Origin: a virus
IMG/VR virus record: IMGVR_UViG_3300035661_000043
Span: 15,756 to 79,755 of that record
Strand: one strand, 5' to 3'
DNA length: 64,000 nucleotides
The notes under the pieces were generated by a model. It ran no database searches. It was not told the origin of the DNA and worked only from the letters and a program-made list of their open reading frames with translations. The position numbers and the translations under genes were made by a program. The first letter of the stretch is position 1. Each line of letters begins with the position of its first letter. Of the stretch, positions 44,156-55,141 are shown piece after piece.

Positions 44156-44647
44156 ATGTCTAAGTTTCAAAAGTATTTCACTAACCTCGGTATTGATGTC
44201 CAGAAAGTTCTAGAACTGGATGAATTCAGTGGGTGTTCTTATGTCGGGCAATTTCCTGGTGGTCGCCGCAAGGATAATGGATCCATCGACTTCCGTGATA
44301 GCGCAGTTGACGTCTTTTATCAACCAAATCCAGATCGTTCTCTAGGGCACACAAACTATTTTTCTGTGTTCAATCATCAAGGGTCGGTCTATATTGCCAA
44401 TGCAGAATATGTGACTGATGTTCTTCTGAATGGTATCATTGACTCAGAAGGAGATATTCTCTACGCGCGCTATCAACATGACTTCCGCTATACTTTCGAT
44501 AAAAAGTGTGGTGTTGATGGTGGATGGTGGCTGAAATGGGAAGATGGGCTTTGGGCTATGGCTGCTCGAACTATTGGTTCTGTAGATGGAAGTCTCCCTA
44601 AGTGGGTTAATATCCGTGTGAAAGATGGTATTCTTTCTGAGGTCTGA
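44156..44647 (+). CDS. Hypothetical protein
   Basis: Long ORF co-oriented with neighbours. Confidence 0.6.
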   Translation: MSKFQKYFTNLGIDVQKVLELDEFSGCSYVGQFPGGRRKDNGSIDFRDSAVDVFYQPNPDRSLGHTNYFSVFNHQGSVYIANAEYVTDVLLNGIIDSEGDILYARYQHDFRYTFDKKCGVDGGWWLKWEDGLWAMAARTIGSVDGSLPKWVNIRVKDGILSEV

Positions 44648-44924
44648 TGACTTATATTCGGTTCTGCGATTGGTCGGTGTATCTACAACGCTGGGCGCGA
44701 ACATGTAGAAAAATTCAAGCAATGGGTAATCGATTCGGAAGAAGAAGGATATACCATCAAATTTGAGATGTGCTAAGATTTCAGAGGTTGAGAAAAGTCA
44801 TTGATGGACTGCCCAGAGTATTTCTGGTCTTGAGAAACAACTATCATGACTCGCTGGGGGATTGGCCGAATTTGGCCAAATGTGATCAAGTACACATTTT
44901 TGTGTAAACATAGGAGTATTGAAA

Positions 44925-45278
44925 ATGTCTAACCAGCAATTTGAGTATACTGAAGAGATGATAGATCATCTCGATAAGGTCGAACTATATATCCATGGGT
45001 ATCGTCTTGCGCTGACATGGTTTGCGTGCCCTGAGCAATATGATATGTTTGACCGTGCTGGAAACATGGTAGCATATTTTCGGTTGAGGGACGGATCTTT
45101 TAGAGTTGATGTCCCAGGCTGTGGTGGAAGGACCGTCTATCAGAATTCTGATGTTGAAGGTGATGGTAGATTCAGTAAAAAAGAGCGATTTGGTGAACTG
45201 ACAAAAGCAGTTGAACACGTGATAGAATACTATTTGAACACAGAATGGTATTCTAACGATGATGTTAACTATTCTTGA
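44925..45278 (+). CDS. Hypothetical protein
   Basis: ACPEQYD..YFRLR motif; RBS AGGAG. Confidence 0.6.
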   Translation: MSNQQFEYTEEMIDHLDKVELYIHGYRLALTWFACPEQYDMFDRAGNMVAYFRLRDGSFRVDVPGCGGRTVYQNSDVEGDGRFSKKERFGELTKAVEHVIEYYLNTEWYSNDDVNYS

Positions 45279-45798
45279 ATAATTCACCTATACCAAGAGA
45301 AATATCATGGAAATCAAACTCCATTCATATCACGAAGTTGAAATCATCGAATCTGAACGTGGCTATGATCAAAAGATCGATGCAGTGAAATATTTTGACT
45401 CGAAAGAAGATGCCATGTGCTTCTGTGCCGAGTTTAATGCGCAAAACACATCAAAGACTATACCAGTCAGGTATGCTGAATATGTTGGAAAGTTTGGTCA
45501 TTGAAATGAATAACACAATTGATGTCGATGAATTGCAGTACTCGAGTGAGTACGCCGAATACATCATGACACATGGAGACCGCCCGTGTTACAATGGTAG
45601 TATGCTCCTCGAACTGATGGAGCAGGGTTACTTATTCAGTGCTTTCTTGGAAAGCATTAATGAAGACGATGAATGACGGATGGTCCGATGCTATGACTAT
45701 CCCATATCTCTGTGATGCTGATGATAGAACTTCTTGTGGTGCAATGAACTACTTGATGAAGTGATATAATACATAATGGACCAATCAAATAGGAAATT

Positions 45799-47352
45799 AT
45801 GAAAAAGACGATTGAACAAAAATACCGTAAGCTGGATGAAATTTCTCACGTACTTTTGAGACCTGGAAGATATCTAGGTAGTATTACTCCGCACACCGCT
45901 GATGCATGGACTGTGACTGAATCTGGTACTATGCAAAAGAGGAGTCTGACATGGACTCCTGCTTTGCTTAAGATCTTTGATGAGATCATTTCTAACTCTG
46001 TTGACTTTAGCAAGACAGAAGAAGGAAAGCATCTGGATACTATCAAGGTGGATTTGAACCGGATAACTGGTGAGATCACAGTATACGATAATGGCGGTAT
46101 CGCTGTGATCAAACACAGTGAATATGATCAGTATATCCCGGAGATGATCTTTGAATTGCGCTCTGGATCAAATTTCGATGATTCGGAAGATAGCATGGCA
46201 ACCGGGCAGAATGGAGAAGGCTCAGCCCTAACAGCTATTTTCTCCTCTGAGTTCGAAGTACAGACTGCAGATGGATCTAATCAATTCATCCAGACTCGCA
46301 CCGACAATTCAAGGAAGATTTCCGACCCTAAAGTCAAGACATCAGATAAACACTTCACGAAGATTCGATTCATTCCGGACTATGAAAAGTTCGGTCTTGA
46401 TGGTCTTGATACCGATAATGAAGCTAGATTGATTAAGCGTGTATATGATGTAGCTGGCTGCAACCCAAAACTGAATGTATATCTCAATGGGAAGCGGATC
46501 AAGATTGCCTCATTCTCTGACTACGTGAAATTGTATACATCTGATTTTGTGCACGAAGAAAACGATCACTGGCATGTTGCATTGGCTGCTTCGGAAGATG
46601 GATTCAATCATGTATCATTTGTGAATGGTACAGAAACTACCACCGGGGGGAATCATATCAGCTACATCGCAGATCAGATCACGAACAAGCTGCGCGACTT
46701 CTTCAAAAAGAAACACAAAGTAGATGTGAAGCCAGGAGATATTCGGAATCACATGCTCCTGTTTATTGATGCCGGTATTATCAGACCAAGATATTCAAGC
46801 CAGACTAAAGAAGATCTGATTACAGAATCAAAGAACTTTGGTACTAGTATTGAAATTTCAGATAAGTTCATCCAAAAGGTTATCAAATCAAATATCGTTC
46901 AGTCTGTATTGGATTGGGTAAATGCAAAAGCTGCAGCAGCTGAAGCAGCGGAACTTCGCAAGAAATCAAAGGACATTGACAAGGCGAACCTACGAAAGAT
47001 CAGCAAGTTTACTGATGCCACACAGAAAGAAAATCGTGATCAATGCATGATTTTCATTGCCGAGGGTGAATCTGCTGCAAGTTCTATTCTGTCTGCGCGT
47101 ACAGGCAATATCGGTTGTTACCCATTGAAGGGTAAGCCGATTAACGCTATGGCTGCTACAACTAAGGATCTTCTTGATAATAAAGAATTCACTGAGCTGA
47201 TGACCGTCACAGGTCTGAAAATTGGTGAGAAAGTTAAAATAGAAGTAGATTCACTATATGAAATCTATATTGATGATATCTCATATATTGTGTCTACAGA
47301 AGATATCATTATTCACAAAGATAAACAATATATTGTAAAAGATTTAATCTGA
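45799..47352 (+). CDS. 39: Type II topoisomerase large subunit gp39 (ends inside the TOPRIM domain)
   Basis: HVLLRPGRY, EIISNSVD, DNGG, GQNGEG, EGESA, PLKGK; lacks DxDxDG; ends TGA. Confidence 0.95.
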   Translation: MKKTIEQKYRKLDEISHVLLRPGRYLGSITPHTADAWTVTESGTMQKRSLTWTPALLKIFDEIISNSVDFSKTEEGKHLDTIKVDLNRITGEITVYDNGGIAVIKHSEYDQYIPEMIFELRSGSNFDDSEDSMATGQNGEGSALTAIFSSEFEVQTADGSNQFIQTRTDNSRKISDPKVKTSDKHFTKIRFIPDYEKFGLDGLDTDNEARLIKRVYDVAGCNPKLNVYLNGKRIKIASFSDYVKLYTSDFVHEENDHWHVALAASEDGFNHVSFVNGTETTTGGNHISYIADQITNKLRDFFKKKHKVDVKPGDIRNHMLLFIDAGIIRPRYSSQTKEDLITESKNFGTSIEISDKFIQKVIKSNIVQSVLDWVNAKAAAAEAAELRKKSKDIDKANLRKISKFTDATQKENRDQCMIFIAEGESAASSILSARTGNIGCYPLKGKPINAMAATTKDLLDNKEFTELMTVTGLKIGEKVKIEVDSLYEIYIDDISYIVSTEDIIIHKDKQYIVKDLI

Positions 47353-47400
47353 AGTCAGACAATTTGGCTATATGTTTGTCAGAAATCGAAAGGATTGGAA

Positions 47401-47964
47401 ATGGAAATTAAAGTAAAAAAAATTGATGTCAATCATCAAAACATGACAAAATATCTTGGTGATAATAATGTTATCAGAAAGACTAATCTTAGAAGCAGTC
47501 TGCGCTTCGGCAAATTGGTTATGTGCGCAGACGCAGACGCAGATGGTTAGCTTCGGCTAACTAATCTATAAACTAATTTAAGAAAGAATATTGGCTCACA
47601 TATTTGTGGCTTAATTATGGCAGGGCTGAAGAAATTTTGGCCCGAATTATTTTCTCTAGGTGCAGTATATCGATTCCAGACACCGATTATGAAAGTTATG
47701 ATCGGCAAGGATGAAAAATATTTCTATTCACTTGATGAATTCTCTGTTTGGGAAAAGACTAATACTAAATCTTTCAAGACTCGGTATCTGAAAGGTCTTG
47801 GCTCTTCTACCGCGGAAGACTTCCGAGGTTATTTTGCTAACATGGATAACAATCTAGTGCAGATTACGTTACAATCTACTGATGATCTAGACATTGTTGA
47901 TCTGGTATTTGGTAAGGAAACAGGAGCAGCTGATGCTCGTAAAGTCTGGTTGGATTTGGAGTAA
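47401..47964 (+). CDS. 60: Topoisomerase small subunit gp60 with a 48-nt bypassed coding gap (47548-47595)
   Basis: MEIKVKKID..MTKY..NNV..RSS..CADADADG|gap containing TAG and TAA|SHICGL..RYLKGLGS. Confidence 0.9.
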
Positions 47965-47967
47965 TCT

Positions 47968-49278
47968 ATGGCAAAAATGAATATTAAAGACTTTTTCGGC
48001 ACTGCCGTGCGCGACTACTCCATTTATGCATGCGAACGTGCTATTCCATCTGGCTGTGATGGTCTCAAGCCAAGTCAGCGCAAGGTGTTGTATGGAATGA
48101 CAAAAGAATTTCCTACTCAGGAAGTGAAAGTTTCCATCTGCGCGGCTACTATCCAAGCAGTGACCGCATATCATCATGGTTCTTTGGAAGCAGTAGTCAC
48201 AGGAATGGCACAGAACTTTGTTGGTTCTAATAATGTCCCATTGTTGGAAGGCATCGGACAGTTTGGTTCTCGAATCACATCTACACCCGCAGCATCTCGG
48301 TACATTTTTGCTAAGTTGTCTCAGCAAGCGAAACAGCTGTTTAGGTCTGTAGATGACAATATTCTGGAATGGTTGGATGACGATGGTCAGAAAATTGAGC
48401 CAAAGTTCTACCTCCCAGTTCTACCTCTGGTTCTCATCAATGGTGCAGAAGGCATGGGTACTGGTTTCTCCACTTACATTATGGGGTATAAACCGGATGA
48501 TCTAAAGAAACGCACACTGGAAATCCTCAACGGAAGCAAGAAAAAGACTTCATTGACTCCTTGGTATCGAGGGTTCAGTGGCACTATTTCTAAGAATCTT
48601 GAAGGTCAGACTGTAACTACAGGTAAACTAGAAGTTGTTAATACTACAACGATCAAGATCACAGAGTTGCCAATCGGGATGTTTACGATGAAATACCGTG
48701 ATCATCTGAACTCAATGGAAGACAAAGATCTGATCAAGTCATATGATGACAATTCGAATGAGCAGAAAATTGAGTTCATTGTGAAGGTATCACGTGAATT
48801 TTCTGCTAAGTCTGAAGAAGAACTCATCAAGGCTTTCAAACTACAGAACCGTAATTCTGAGACTATTACCGTTTGGGATGAGAAGGAAAAGATTCGTAGG
48901 TTTGATTCAGCTGAGGACTTGTTGGAATGGTTTGTTGCATTCCGATTGATCAAGTACGAAGATCGCCGGGTGTACATGATTTCTGCGGCAGAAGAACGTG
49001 TCAAGAAAATGACAGAACAAATGCGGTTCATCCGATTGTATCTGAAACGTTCTTCTGTTTGGTCAAAGACTAAGATTGATCTGATTCGGCAAGAATTGAC
49101 TGACGAACTGTTTGAATCTATAGATGAATTACTTGCTATCCGTGTGTCTCGTCTTACCGGCGATGCGATCGAAGAACTTGAGCAGAAGATCAAAAATGAA
49201 CTTGACACGATCACTGCGTTGAAGAATACATCTGCTAAAGATTTGTATGTGGAAGATTTGAACAGCCTAAAGGTGTAA
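47968..49278 (+). CDS. 52: Topoisomerase medium subunit gp52
   Basis: RAIP..DGLKPSQRK, YHHG, GQFGSR, ASRYI. Confidence 0.95.
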   Translation: MAKMNIKDFFGTAVRDYSIYACERAIPSGCDGLKPSQRKVLYGMTKEFPTQEVKVSICAATIQAVTAYHHGSLEAVVTGMAQNFVGSNNVPLLEGIGQFGSRITSTPAASRYIFAKLSQQAKQLFRSVDDNILEWLDDDGQKIEPKFYLPVLPLVLINGAEGMGTGFSTYIMGYKPDDLKKRTLEILNGSKKKTSLTPWYRGFSGTISKNLEGQTVTTGKLEVVNTTTIKITELPIGMFTMKYRDHLNSMEDKDLIKSYDDNSNEQKIEFIVKVSREFSAKSEEELIKAFKLQNRNSETITVWDEKEKIRRFDSAEDLLEWFVAFRLIKYEDRRVYMISAAEERVKKMTEQMRFIRLYLKRSSVWSKTKIDLIRQELTDELFESIDELLAIRVSRLTGDAIEELEQKIKNELDTITALKNTSAKDLYVEDLNSLKV

Positions 49279-49431
49279 TTTGGGTGAATATGAGATGGAT
49301 CATGAAGCAGTCGCCAAGAGAAAGTTGCGGCAGTGATTGAACCATCACATTCGTATCTTACTTAGAAGAGATGACCGAAAGTTACTCAGATCCAGTGTGA
49401 CTTTTATTCATCCCTGTGATATAATTCATCC

Positions 49432-49758
49432 ATGATCAAAAATACCACACTCTCACTCCTGACTAACTTCCGTGAATCTGTTTTGTTTCATGGAGACGTT
49501 CGAAAAGCAATCACCAAACTTTGTGATAAGTACTCTTATCCAATTTCCATCACACTCGAAGGTTCATTTGCAGATGATAAAGCAGTCTGTGAAGAAATTT
49601 TCGATCTGATCAACAATCCATATCGTCAAGAAGAGCGTGTCAAATTGTATGGTCGTGGTCGCTCTGTTTCTGTTGGTGATTTAGTTGGTATTGATAATGA
49701 TGAAACAGGTATAACAGCATTTTATGCTTACACACCATCTGGTTGGGTCAAAATCTAA
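49432..49758 (+). CDS. Hypothetical protein (YodL-like motif)
   Basis: RSVSVGDLV; promoter at 49400. Confidence 0.55.
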   Translation: MIKNTTLSLLTNFRESVLFHGDVRKAITKLCDKYSYPISITLEGSFADDKAVCEEIFDLINNPYRQEERVKLYGRGRSVSVGDLVGIDNDETGITAFYAYTPSGWVKI

Positions 49759-50167
49759 GGAGAAGATCATACCAAAAGGAATACACATTCCTGTACAGGA
49801 ATTTGATCTTTATTCATCCCTGTGATATTGTTCGTGAACAAAATATATGACATCATCCTAGGATGATGTCATTTCTGATCTTAGTTGTTGTGGGTATTGC
49901 TAACACACCTAGTACCACAACTGAGAAGGAACGTTGCGAAGCAACGGGTGGTGAGTATGCCCAGACCATGAAGACATACCACACTTGTGAAACAAAGAAT
50001 TGAAATGATCATGAATGCATGGAAAGTTTCCTGAATAATGTTCATATTGACACATGTGTTTTATGTTCGTAGTTTATCAGATATCGAGGTCAAGTCTTTT
50101 CTGATATATCATGACGGTTTCGATCCTGCTATTAAAGTCATAAAGAAACGAAAATAAAGGGTATGTG

Positions 50168-50821
50168 ATGAAAAACAAATATTTTGACTACATGCGAGCT
50201 AAAGCAAAGAAATATGCTAAGACATGGCATCGCGCAAATCAGCTAACTCCATTGGGTAACGCACTGATTCACTGTTATGATAATCCTGACAATAAGAAGG
50301 AACATGGTTGGTGGGATGATGTGCAGTTTAAACTTGGTGGTCAGGTCATCACTGTGTGGTGGATCCACCCTCGTATGGCATTCTCAGATACTACTGACAC
50401 TGTTGCATATGATTCTCTGCCTCCAGCACCAGAATGGAATTGGGCTTCTAGCGGAGTCAAGAACTACAAAAAGATCGGCAAGAACAAGAATCGCAAGCGC
50501 TTAGTTTCAACTACTATTCCACCATCTCCAGCGAGTTTTACTGAATGGTGTGATCTCTGGAAAGTACGGCGTGCGGAAGTTCGGCAGTCTACGGACATTG
50601 TGATCCGCCCTTCTATTAAAGTTGATCAACTGTCATGGTGTCGTGGTGTGTCACTGTGTATTCCAATTGAAGCCGTTGATGCCGATTCTGTAGAGCAGGT
50701 TGCAGAGATTGCAAAGAAACTGCTGCGTGGTGAAACTACACTGGATGAACTGTTCCCGAACTATACATATACTAAAGATGACTGGGCTGCCGAAGCTCAA
50801 TCAAATTGGAATATGACATGA
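50168..50821 (+). CDS. Hypothetical protein
   Basis: Long ORF; WWDDV, WIHPRM. Confidence 0.65.
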   Translation: MKNKYFDYMRAKAKKYAKTWHRANQLTPLGNALIHCYDNPDNKKEHGWWDDVQFKLGGQVITVWWIHPRMAFSDTTDTVAYDSLPPAPEWNWASSGVKNYKKIGKNKNRKRLVSTTIPPSPASFTEWCDLWKVRRAEVRQSTDIVIRPSIKVDQLSWCRGVSLCIPIEAVDADSVEQVAEIAKKLLRGETTLDELFPNYTYTKDDWAAEAQSNWNMT

Positions 50822-51016
50822 CGCAAGAAATGCAGTTGAATAAAGCCGATCTAGAGAAACTGATGCAGGCTATGAATGAATACAAATGTGATGTTGTTAA
50901 AATCATTCGGCACGCAGAAACATCTATCGGTTACTTGATGGATATCGAATTTGTTGATATCATTACAAAAAGTAACCGTAGAGTACCAGTGGTAACTTAC
51001 TCAGATTGGTGAAATT

Positions 51017-51325
51017 ATGGAATTCCCAGACAGTTGGATTCTATGCAAGATAACAGACAAAGAAAAGAATCAAGTTCAGTATAGAGTATTTGCTGGATGG
51101 TATGGTGGATACTGTGTGTCTGATTCTTGGAAGATGTCATCTCCGGTTGTAAAGACTGAAGTGACAGATAATTCATTTGACTACTTTACCAACAGCGGTA
51201 ACTGCTATCGTTGTTACAAATCAACTGAGGGTATGAGTAGCTATATGGATAGCATATATTCTAGCTACACAGATCGGAATACAGATATACTGTTCATTGA
51301 ACGTGTATGTCCGGAGATTATATGA
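51017..51325 (+). CDS. Conserved hypothetical phage protein
   Basis: PDSW..YRVFAGWYGGY..DSWKMSS. Confidence 0.65.
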   Translation: MEFPDSWILCKITDKEKNQVQYRVFAGWYGGYCVSDSWKMSSPVVKTEVTDNSFDYFTNSGNCYRCYKSTEGMSSYMDSIYSSYTDRNTDILFIERVCPEII

Positions 51326-51791
51326 TCTGGGGGCTGGCAAAGCCATATTCAAACCCGGGAGAAACCCGGGAGTTTGTTGCCAAAAATTGGGGAGTTGAGT
51401 TGTGATTCTACATATAATGAATGACTTCGAAGTCAGTAAAGATTGGATCCATTACTCAGATCTGGGTGATGAAGTAATTGCGGATGCCATGGACTTCCTG
51501 AAACCAAAGTGTGTCCGTGATATGCTACACTTTCATGCGGAAAAGTGGGTCATGTCAGAAGTAAATATGCTACCCATTATGCGAATGTTGGATGAAATTT
51601 CATCAAAACTCGAGTGGCATTACTTCCAAAGAGAAGATGATGTTTATTTCCAAGTCTATGTGACTCCCCGGCAGTTCGACCCTTCATAACTTTTATTCAT
51701 CCCTGTGTTATAGTACATGTACTAACTCATTACATTATTGATTGCACCACTTGTCGGACATATTTGGTGTACTAAAATAGAGAAAATAATC

Positions 51792-52259
51792 ATGCCTTGG
51801 ATTCAACATTTTGGTCGTAGTGATATCAAGAACGGTACTCACTACGAGCCCGGTGATAACACTGTACTCATTCAGATCAAAGACTATAATGAGAATTTCG
51901 TTGAGCCTAAGTGTAGGTTTGTCGACATAGTCAAGTTTGAGTTTGAAGATGTAGAAGATGAGACAAATCCAAATTCCATCACGGATCATGATGCTAAATT
52001 GATAGCAACTGTTCTACGTAGTGCGTATGAGCAGAATCAGAATGTGATTGTGCATTGCGTTGTGGGTTTGTGTCGTAGTTCTGCCGTGGCTGTCGCTGGG
52101 CACCTGATCGGATTCGATCTGGAAGATAAAGTGCGGCTACCGAATATTTTGGTGATGAAGAAAGTATTTCAAGCGCTCGGTCTTTACTTCGATCCGAATG
52201 AATCATCTTTTAAGACAATACCTGATCCCTATGACATCATGACTGATAACGAGAACTAA
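51792..52259 (+). CDS. CX5R phosphatase (PTP/DSP-like)
   Basis: VHCVVGLCRS. Confidence 0.8.
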   Translation: MPWIQHFGRSDIKNGTHYEPGDNTVLIQIKDYNENFVEPKCRFVDIVKFEFEDVEDETNPNSITDHDAKLIATVLRSAYEQNQNVIVHCVVGLCRSSAVAVAGHLIGFDLEDKVRLPNILVMKKVFQALGLYFDPNESSFKTIPDPYDIMTDNEN

Positions 52260-52261
52260 TC

Positions 52262-52738
52262 ATGAAATTGAAGACTATCAACTACGATGAAGTGCGGAAA
52301 TACTTGAAGAACACTTCTCCTACTAGTAAAATTTATCTTGGGGCAGACTCGGAACGAGTTAATGTAGACAATATTTGGCACGTTGATGTACTCGTCTGTC
52401 TTATCGTACATGACAGTCAGAAATATGGCGGGAAATTCTTTGGCGGAATTTCTAGAGAGAAGGACTTCGATAAGACTCTGAACAGACCACAAATGCGCAT
52501 GATGATGGAAGCATATGCTGTATCACAATTGTATTTGGATCTAGCTGATGTACTGGCGCCATTCGATCCAGAAATTCACTTGGATATTTCTCCCATTAAA
52601 GAAAATGGTTCAAACTGTGCACATAGTCAAGCTACTGGGTATGTGAAAGGTGTAACTGGTTTGGACCCAGTGTGTAAAGGATTTGCTGCTAGTAATGTAG
52701 CAGATGCTACAAAACGACTTTTGTCAGATAATAAATAA
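52262..52738 (+). CDS. RNase H-like YkuK-family protein
   Basis: IYLGADS, RMMMEA, EIHLDI, ASNVAD. Confidence 0.8.
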   Translation: MKLKTINYDEVRKYLKNTSPTSKIYLGADSERVNVDNIWHVDVLVCLIVHDSQKYGGKFFGGISREKDFDKTLNRPQMRMMMEAYAVSQLYLDLADVLAPFDPEIHLDISPIKENGSNCAHSQATGYVKGVTGLDPVCKGFAASNVADATKRLLSDNK

Positions 52739-52829
52739 TCCATAAAGGAAATACTACTATGTCAATTATGAATTTTGCCTTCTTCGCCGCTCTTATGTTC
52801 ATGCCATTCCTCGTGTTCGGTATGATTTG

Positions 52830-53384
52830 ATGATACCATTCCGGGATTTCAGTAAACTACAATTTGCAAACGATGGGACTAGGACTTTATTTGAGTCTGC
52901 TATAGCACCAGAAATTGTATATGCTCTCAAAGACTGGAAGGAACAAGCTAAAGTTGGAGTACTCATTGGTGGGTTGGCACTATCTTATTGGGCAAAACCC
53001 CGATACACGCAAGACGCAGATATGTTATTTTTGCAGCCAAGTGATGTGCCGCATTCTATTGAAAAATTCAAGGCTCACAGAAAAGGTGCATTTGAACATA
53101 AAGTTACTCAAGTAGAAATAGAGTATGCTCACCGTGATAATATACCGGTGCCGCAACATGTCATTGATGCAGTATTCAAAACCGCAGTTGATGTAGACGG
53201 TATAAAGGTTGCATCTAAGTCTGCGCTGATTGCGCTAAAGTTACATAGATTTTGGTTGAAGGATCAGGCTGATATTATTACTTTGGCTGCATTGGGAGGA
53301 ATTGATCTCACACCATTCCATCTCGAAAAGAAGTTTTTAGATATGTACCATGATCTTCTAGATAAACACAGACACGAAACTTGA
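52830..53384 (+). CDS. Nucleotidyltransferase-fold protein
   Basis: LIGGLALSY..PRYTQDAD, LIALKL..R.KDQADI. Confidence 0.75.
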   Translation: MIPFRDFSKLQFANDGTRTLFESAIAPEIVYALKDWKEQAKVGVLIGGLALSYWAKPRYTQDADMLFLQPSDVPHSIEKFKAHRKGAFEHKVTQVEIEYAHRDNIPVPQHVIDAVFKTAVDVDGIKVASKSALIALKLHRFWLKDQADIITLAALGGIDLTPFHLEKKFLDMYHDLLDKHRHET

Positions 53385-53386
53385 TT

Positions 53387-53758
53387 ATGAATTTTGTTGA
53401 ATTTACTACAGAGCAGTATCCTGAGTTGCTTAAAGGTAATATTGGATGCTGTGTTGTTGAATCATGGGCACCTGCAGTCACTAAAGCTTTGGATGAACTA
53501 GAAGCATTGCGACTATCTGGTGTTGATATCCGAGTAGCCCAGATCAAAGAAAAATTTGGTTCACTGCGCATATATGTCAGAGGTGAGGGATATTCTGAAG
53601 CAGAACCTATCATCACCAGAGCCGAGATTGAAACAGAATCTATCTGCTCTGTCTGTGGTTCTACAGAAGATGTGCAGCGGGGTACCAGAGAAAAAGACTC
53701 GAGATGGATACTCACCCTGTGTAAAGAACATCGCTATATTCCAAAGGATAGCGATTAA
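53387..53758 (+). CDS. Conserved hypothetical protein
   Basis: QIKEKFGSLRIY, CSVCG, TLC..H. Confidence 0.7.
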   Translation: MNFVEFTTEQYPELLKGNIGCCVVESWAPAVTKALDELEALRLSGVDIRVAQIKEKFGSLRIYVRGEGYSEAEPIITRAEIETESICSVCGSTEDVQRGTREKDSRWILTLCKEHRYIPKDSD

Positions 53759-53968
53759 GAAACCCTACCTTGGGGCTGCAGCGCTGCGGTTAGATCGAAA
53801 GATCAGGCGTCCATGGTATCTTGTAGCCATGTAAAGGGATCTCACATCCCCTGAGTTACTCCGCCATGAGTAACAAGAAGAAATTATACAAGCGTATACT
53901 TATGCGGTAGGAGCGAAATGCCTACGCTGGAATCGTAACCAGCATCTATTCTTCAAAGACATTACATT

Positions 53969-54418
53969 ATGATCCAATACAAAGTTGGTGATATTCTCCA
54001 AAACATCAAGTCAGGTGTTCTTCTACACTCCGTTAATTGTCAAGGGGTGATGGGAGCAGGTGTAGCTAGGGGTATTCGTGATATGTATCCACATGTATAT
54101 CAAATCTACAAAAGCCACTGCACCATTCTTAAATCTAGTGCGCTGGGTGATGTATTACCTACAAAAGCAGGTAATCTATTGATCTTGAATGGTTTTGGGC
54201 AAGAATCAACAGGTGGTCACAGAGCAGTCTCTTATGATGCAATAGATACTATTTTTAATACAATCTATTGCTCAGGAGAATATGACAGAGTTAACAAAGA
54301 AATTCATACTGTGAAAATCGGTGCTGGTTTGGGTGCTGGTAATTGGAAAGTCATTGAACAGATTATTCTCACATACCTACCAGAAAGTTGTAATCTTTAT
54401 GTTTGGGACTTTAAATGA
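53969..54418 (+). CDS. Macrodomain (ADP-ribose processing) protein
   Basis: GDI, HSVNCQGVMGAGVA, IGAGLGAGNW. Confidence 0.9.
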   Translation: MIQYKVGDILQNIKSGVLLHSVNCQGVMGAGVARGIRDMYPHVYQIYKSHCTILKSSALGDVLPTKAGNLLILNGFGQESTGGHRAVSYDAIDTIFNTIYCSGEYDRVNKEIHTVKIGAGLGAGNWKVIEQIILTYLPESCNLYVWDFK

Positions 54419-54573
54419 TTATTGAACAACAACATGACATGATACAAGCAGAGGCAGGTAAAGGTTCTGCACCAAGGAAGACCTAGGATCAAAAGAAGTA
54501 TGCAGACAATTGGGATCTGATCTTTGGTAAGAAGAAAGAACCAACCCCTACTCAACAAAATAAGATCCAATAA
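54415..54573 (+). CDS. Small conserved phage protein (1 TAG)
   Basis: GKGSAPRKT*DQKKYADNWDLIFGKK. Confidence 0.6.
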
Positions 54574-55141
54574 AGAAAAGCCCTATGATTTTTAGTCATA
54601 GGGCTTTTTAGTTTCTGCTTCAAGAATGCTTCAAGAATTGTAGAATTTTACAAGAATACATTTCTAGTACTCTAGAATTATCTTCTAGTATTTTCTTTTG
54701 GAATCATGTACTTTTGGTTTCATCAGGCAAAGGAGCCCTATCCGGGGCTCCAATGCCTGATAAAGTATCATGTACTTTCGGATCACCAGGGGTTTAATCA
54801 TCAACCAGACTTAACTGGAAAGGCGGCTGACCGGTACCTTTTATGACTAGGAGCGACTTTCGTCTCAGCGGGGCTAAATGATGCTTATAAACCAAAAACA
54901 TCATCTAGGTGTGTCATTTCAACACATCATTCTTTGCTGGCACTTTCGTGCCTGTTAGTTTGTTATCCGTCCCGACTAGCTCCTTCCAGGCTTTCCGGTT
55001 GATAGGTCTTTCAAGGCAGACATCACCTCTAAGTAATCCGACGATCTCGCGACGTCTTGTGCATCCGCAATAAGGATCCATCATCATTGCGTCACATAGT
55101 ATATATTAACATACTTTCCCCAGAAGTGATTATTCTTAGTG

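Noticed and set aside
47548-47595. Simple TAG readthrough explaining gene 60
   Set aside because: An in-frame TAA follows, and 16 extra residues would split the catalytic motif
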